A DNA stretch of 42,828 nt from an uncultured Pelagibacteraceae bacterium (GTDB lineage: Bacteria > Pseudomonadota > Alphaproteobacteria > Pelagibacterales > Pelagibacteraceae), in assembly GCA_902602575.1 (NCBI GenBank), contig CACKRX010000001.1:1-42828 (forward strand). Reading direction: 5' to 3'. The notes beneath the pieces were generated by a model that did not search any database, was not told the origin of the DNA, and saw only the letters and a program-made list of their open reading frames with translations. The translations under genes and the position numbers were made by a program. Below are positions 38,977 through 42,828 of this stretch, one piece after another. Position 1 is the first letter of the stretch, and every line of letters begins with the position of its first letter.

Positions 38977-39422
38977 TAAACTCTCCTTTTTTTTGGTGGT
39001 CTTGTTCCGTTATGAGGCATCGGTGTTGTATCTTTGATAGATAAAATTTTAAAACCTCTTGCTTGTAATGCGCGCAAAGCTGTTTCTCTTCCTGAACCTG
39101 GTCCTTTAATTTCAACCGTTAAAGTTTTCATACCATACTCTAGAGCTTTCGATGCAGCTGAGTCAGCTGCTATTTGTGCTGCATAAGGTGTTGATTTTCT
39201 AGATCCTTTAAATCCTTTTTGTCCGGCAGACGCCCAAGATACAATATTACCTTGAGTATCAGCTATTGACACAATTGTATTGTTAAATGTTGACTGAACA
39301 TATGCTACTCCATTAATTATGTTCTTTTTAACTTTTTTCTTTTTAGAGTAAGAACTTTTTTTAACTGATTTTACTTCTGATTTTTCATCAGCTTTTTTTT
39401 CTACTTTTTTTTTGTCAGACAT
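38976..39422 (-). CDS. rpsK: 30S ribosomal protein S11
   Basis: [40 protein letters not shown]. Confidence 0.98.
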   Translation of the reverse strand: MSDKKKVEKKADEKSEVKSVKKSSYSKKKKVKKNIINGVAYVQSTFNNTIVSIADTQGNIVSWASAGQKGFKGSRKSTPYAAQIAADSAASKALEYGMKTLTVEIKGPGSGRETALRALQARGFKILSIKDTTPMPHNGTRPPKKRRV

Positions 39423-39428
39423 TTCAAA

Positions 39429-39812
39429 CTATTTCTTTAATGGTGTTAATTTTTTACCTGCGATAGCAATTGCTTTACCTTTTCTTGTTCTCGCATTACA
39501 TCTAGTTCTTTGTCCTCTTACAGGTAACTTTTTTTTATGTCGAAAACCCCTGTAGCAAGCAAGATCTATTAATCTTTTTATACTCATTGAGTTTTCTCTT
39601 CTTAAATCTCCTTCAACTGTAAAGTGCTGGTCAATATATTCTCTAATTTTTAAAATTTGGTCGTCAGTTAGTTGATTTACTCTTTTTGATTTAGGTATTT
39701 CTAATTCCTTACAGATTTGTCTCGAAAACTTATCCCCGATACCATAGATATATGTAAGTCCAATCTGGACGATTTTATTCTGTGGAATATTTACACCTGC
39801 AATTCGAGCCAT
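39429..39812 (-). CDS. rpsM: 30S ribosomal protein S13
   Basis: [39 protein letters not shown]. Confidence 0.98.
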   Translation of the reverse strand: MARIAGVNIPQNKIVQIGLTYIYGIGDKFSRQICKELEIPKSKRVNQLTDDQILKIREYIDQHFTVEGDLRRENSMSIKRLIDLACYRGFRHKKKLPVRGQRTRCNARTRKGKAIAIAGKKLTPLKK

Positions 39813-39834
39813 AATTTGAGATAAAATTTAGCCT

Positions 39835-39862
39835 TTTATATAAGATGAAAATTTAAAGTCAA
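39835..39862 (-). promoter_or_regulatory. Putative sigma70 promoter of the alpha operon (TTGACT-16-TATAAA)
   Basis: Minus strand TTGACT (39862-39857), 16-nt spacer, TATAAA (39840-39835), in the 54-bp adk-rpsM gap. Confidence 0.55.
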
Positions 39863-39866
39863 CTTT

Positions 39867-40430
39867 TTATAACTTTAAAAAGTCCTTGATTTGCTTGTTT
39901 ATTTGATCAATTTCCAGGTTACCGTCAAGCTTGTAAAAGTTTTGTTTCGTTGAATAATAATTCAATACTGGTGAGGTTGTTTTCAAATAAGTTTCATATC
40001 TTTTTAGAATTGTATCTAAGTCGTCATCACCCCTTTTTTCTTCAAATTTCCTCTTTTCAATTCTTTTGACTATGGTTTCTTTATTTACATTTAAAAAGAA
40101 AATAAAATCAATTTGTTGTTTAGACTCTGTTAACAATAAATCTAAAGTTTTAGCTTGTTCAATAGTTCTTGGATAACCATCAAAAATTAATTTTCCTTTT
40201 TTGGTGGAGTCAAAAACTACTTTTTTCATAAGGTCATTTACAATTTCATCATCGACAAATTTACCTTCATTCATATAATTTATGATTTTCTTACCGATTT
40301 CCGTGTCTTTTTTGATTTCATCCCTCAACATATCTCCAGTTGAAACTTGGAAATTATCTAATACTTTAACGAGAAATTTTGCTTGAGTACCTTTACCTGC
40401 GCCTGGAGGACCAAATAAAATAATGTTCAC
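39867..40430 (-). CDS. adk: Adenylate kinase (short-LID type)
   Basis: GPPGAGKGTQA, STGDMLR, DGYPRT; LID reduced to KRKFEEKRGDD; GTG start. Confidence 0.96.
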   Translation of the reverse strand: MNIILFGPPGAGKGTQAKFLVKVLDNFQVSTGDMLRDEIKKDTEIGKKIINYMNEGKFVDDEIVNDLMKKVVFDSTKKGKLIFDGYPRTIEQAKTLDLLLTESKQQIDFIFFLNVNKETIVKRIEKRKFEEKRGDDDLDTILKRYETYLKTTSPVLNYYSTKQNFYKLDGNLEIDQINKQIKDFLKL

Positions 40431-40432
40431 TA

Positions 40433-41713
40433 CTATCTTCCAAATTTAGTTTTTTTAATAAGTTGTTCGTATTGTGCACTCATTAATCTTGTCTGGATTT
40501 GTGTTACAGTATCGATTGCTACTACTACAACAATTAAGACTGAAGCTCCACCTAAATAAAAAGGAATAGGATAATTTGCTATCAAAAATTCTGGCATTAA
40601 ACAAACTAACGTTAAATATAAAGCTCCAATAGTTGTCAGTCTTGTTAAGATTTCCTCTATATATCTTGCAGTACTTTCTCCAGGTCTAATACCAGGAACA
40701 AAGCCACCGTATTTTCTTAAATTTTCTGCAGTTTCATCTGGATTAAATACAATTGAAGTGTAAAAGAAAGTAAAAAAGATTATTCCTGAAGCATATAAAA
40801 TCATGTAAAGAGGTTGTCCTTGTGAAAAAAAAGATAAAAAAGATGATACATTATCATTCTCTGAGATATTAAAATTGGTAAGAGTTGCGGGCAATAATAG
40901 TATAGCTGAGGCAAAGATTGCTGGTATTACACCAGCTGTGTTTATCTTTAAAGGAAGATGGGAAGAGTCACCTCCATACATTTTATTCCCCATTTGTCTT
41001 TTGGGGTAGTTTATCAATATTTTTCTTAGAGCTCTCTCCATAAAAACAATAAACATAATTGTAGCAATTAATAAAATAAAAATGAAGATGATCATAGTTG
41101 CTGATATTGCACCCGTTCTTCCTAATTCAAATGTTGTGACTAATGCTCTAGGTATTTCAGCGACGATACCAGAAAAAATGATTAATGATATCCCATTACC
41201 TATCCCTCTTTGTGTAATTTGCTCACCTAACCACATTAAAAAAATAGTACCAGCTACAATAGTAGTCACAGTGGTAATTTTAAAAAAAATACCTGGATTG
41301 ATAACTAAATTTTCCGATGACTCCAAACCAACTGATAAGCCGTAACCTTGAATAGTTGCTAAGAGAACTGTTCCATATCTTGTAATCTGTGTAATTTTTT
41401 GTCTTCCGATTGTACCCTGGCTTTTTAAATTTTTAAAATAGTCTGAAACACCAGTAAGTAATTGAACTATAATTGAGGAAGATATGTAAGGCATTATTCC
41501 TAAAGCAAAAATTGCCATACGACTCACAGCACCACCCGCAAAAACGTTGAACATTCCTAACAAACCTTTTTGATTTCCCTCCATCATAATTTTTAATTGA
41601 TCAGGATCTATTCCGGGTAAAGGAACAAATGTTCCAAACCTGTAAACTGCTAGGATAAATATAGTAAAAATTATACGATTTCTTAAATCGTTATTTTGTG
41701 TCATTGTACTCAT
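40433..41713 (-). CDS. secY: Preprotein translocase subunit SecY
   Basis: ALGIMPYISSSIIVQLL, WLGEQIT.RGIGNGISL, AGVIP.IFAS, PGIRPG. Confidence 0.98.
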   Translation of the reverse strand: MSTMTQNNDLRNRIIFTIFILAVYRFGTFVPLPGIDPDQLKIMMEGNQKGLLGMFNVFAGGAVSRMAIFALGIMPYISSSIIVQLLTGVSDYFKNLKSQGTIGRQKITQITRYGTVLLATIQGYGLSVGLESSENLVINPGIFFKITTVTTIVAGTIFLMWLGEQITQRGIGNGISLIIFSGIVAEIPRALVTTFELGRTGAISATMIIFIFILLIATIMFIVFMERALRKILINYPKRQMGNKMYGGDSSHLPLKINTAGVIPAIFASAILLLPATLTNFNISENDNVSSFLSFFSQGQPLYMILYASGIIFFTFFYTSIVFNPDETAENLRKYGGFVPGIRPGESTARYIEEILTRLTTIGALYLTLVCLMPEFLIANYPIPFYLGGASVLIVVVVAIDTVTQIQTRLMSAQYEQLIKKTKFGR

Positions 41714-41723
41714 ATGATTTTAT

Positions 41724-42179
41724 TTATTTGCTCTCTAAAATTTTAATTGTTGAGCCGTTCTTTGTAAGTTTTTCTTTTGCTGAATTAGATAAATAATGAA
41801 CTTCTAAATTTAACTTATCTTTGATTTCACCCTGACCAAGGATCTTAATTTTTTCATATTTTTTTTTTATAATTTTCGAACTATGTAAATATTTTATATC
41901 TATCTTTTCAGATGATTTTATTCTTTTAGACTCTATGAACTGTTGCAAATCACCTAGATTTAGTTTGCCTATTTTGGTTTTATTGAATGAATTAAAACCT
42001 CTTTTAGGTAATCTTCTATATAAAGGCATTTGACCACCTTCAAAACTTTTAATTGCAACACCAGATCTTGATTTTTGACCTTTAACACCTCTTCCAGATG
42101 TTTTGCCTTTTCCAGATCCAATACCTCTTCCAACTCTGATTTTTTTTGTTTTCAGTTTAGTTAAACCATTAAGCATCAT
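41724..42179 (-). CDS. rplO: 50S ribosomal protein L15
   Basis: RVGRGIGSGKGKTSGRG.KGQKSR, FEGGQMPLYRRLPKRGF. Confidence 0.98.
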   Translation of the reverse strand: MMLNGLTKLKTKKIRVGRGIGSGKGKTSGRGVKGQKSRSGVAIKSFEGGQMPLYRRLPKRGFNSFNKTKIGKLNLGDLQQFIESKRIKSSEKIDIKYLHSSKIIKKKYEKIKILGQGEIKDKLNLEVHYLSNSAKEKLTKNGSTIKILESK

Positions 42180-42679
42180 TATCCTCTTTTTTCTATTATT
42201 TCTGAAATTTTTTTATTTCTTATAATTGATATTTGCTTTGGTGAGTTTTGTTTTTTTAAAGCTTTAAGACATGCTCTGATAACATTATGAGGATTTGCTG
42301 TTCCAAGTGATTTTGCTACTATATCTTTTATACCAAGCACTTCACATACAGCTCTTACCGGTCCACCAGCAATAATACCTGTTCCTTTTGGTGCTGCTCT
42401 CATTTTGATTTTTCCAGCACCGTCTTTACCAGAAACATCATGATGAATAGTTCTTCCCTCTCTTAAAGGTATTTGAATTAAATTTCTTCTGGCCATTTCA
42501 TTAGCTTTTTTAATAGCATCTGGAACTTGTTTAGATTTTGCGTGTGCAATACCAATTTTTCCACTTTGATTTCCAACAACTACTAATGCGGAAAAACCAA
42601 ATCTTCTACCACCCTTAACAACTTTTGTAATTCTGTTTACGTGAACAAGTTTTTCTATAAATTCATTTTCTTTAGACAT
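42179..42679 (-). CDS. rpsE: 30S ribosomal protein S5
   Basis: [35 protein letters not shown]. Confidence 0.98.
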   Translation of the reverse strand: MSKENEFIEKLVHVNRITKVVKGGRRFGFSALVVVGNQSGKIGIAHAKSKQVPDAIKKANEMARRNLIQIPLREGRTIHHDVSGKDGAGKIKMRAAPKGTGIIAGGPVRAVCEVLGIKDIVAKSLGTANPHNVIRACLKALKKQNSPKQISIIRNKKISEIIEKRG

Positions 42680-42680
42680 G

Positions 42681-42828
42681 TTAAAATTCCATTCCGTTTT
42701 TTCTTAATGTTTCAGCAAAAATCTTTACTCTTCCATGGTACTTAAATTGACCTCTATCAAAATAAATTTTCTTGATATTTTTTTCTCCTGCTTTTTTAGC
42801 CAATTTCTCAGCAACTATTTTTGAAAGA
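42681..42828 (-). CDS. rplR: 50S ribosomal protein L18, 3' part (truncated by the window edge)
   Basis: Manual translation ...[46 protein letters not shown]-stop (TAA 42683-42681). Confidence 0.95.
   Translation of the reverse strand, partial: LSKIVAEKLAKKAGEKNIKKIYFDRGQFKYHGRVKIFAETLRKNGMEF

Noticed and set aside
38970-38980. Absence of rpsD from the alpha operon
   Set aside because: Normal for Alphaproteobacteria, where rpsD is encoded elsewhere.
482-41345. Numerous short ORFs antisense to real genes (e.g. 8090-8443, 17827-18240, 22082-22591, 26593-26985, 30582-30959)
   Set aside because: They lie opposite well-conserved genes, are Phe/Leu/Ile/Ser-rich as expected for the reverse frame of A-rich codons, and show no recognisable motifs.
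1-42828. CRISPR array, prophage, IS element, toxin-antitoxin or defence system
   Set aside because: No repeat-spacer arrays, transposase, integrase or phage genes were seen, and no unexplained gap longer than about 75 bp remains.

Overview
Very AT-rich (roughly 28-30% GC by eye, not computed), densely coding window with lysine-rich proteins and almost no intergenic DNA. Gene content, gene order and protein style point to the core genome of a streamlined marine alphaproteobacterium, most likely SAR11/Pelagibacteraceae (inference). Order: glyA (partial), rpiB, AspH-like 2OG-Fe(II) oxygenase; hemB; minus-strand dapA-smpB-folK-rsh-pyrE-pdxJ-acpS-lepB-rnc-recO; slt; tRNA-Ser(GCT); soxBDAG plus an orphan solute-binding protein (SBP) and one permease; gatCAB, O-methyltransferase, trhO, MATE; ruvX-pyrB-pyrC'-plsY-topA-Rid; galU-ugd; panC; mgtE; lipB; and the distal spc/alpha ribosomal cluster (rplR partial, rpsE, rplO, secY, adk, rpsM, rpsK, rpoA, rplQ, rluC). 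I saw no mobile element, CRISPR array, prophage or defence island. The best leads for undescribed biology are hypotheses: (1) a cyclohexadienyl-dehydratase-clade SBP plus a lipobox-bearing permease with no ATPase, behind sarcosine oxidase; (2) a translationally coupled O-methyltransferase-trhO pair that may make mo5U34 in tRNA; (3) an orphan 2OG-Fe(II) oxygenase heading the rpiB-glyA operon. Streamlining signs include a truncated long RSH, a pseudo-dihydroorotase, and the absence of rpoZ, era, dprA and rpmD from their usual positions.
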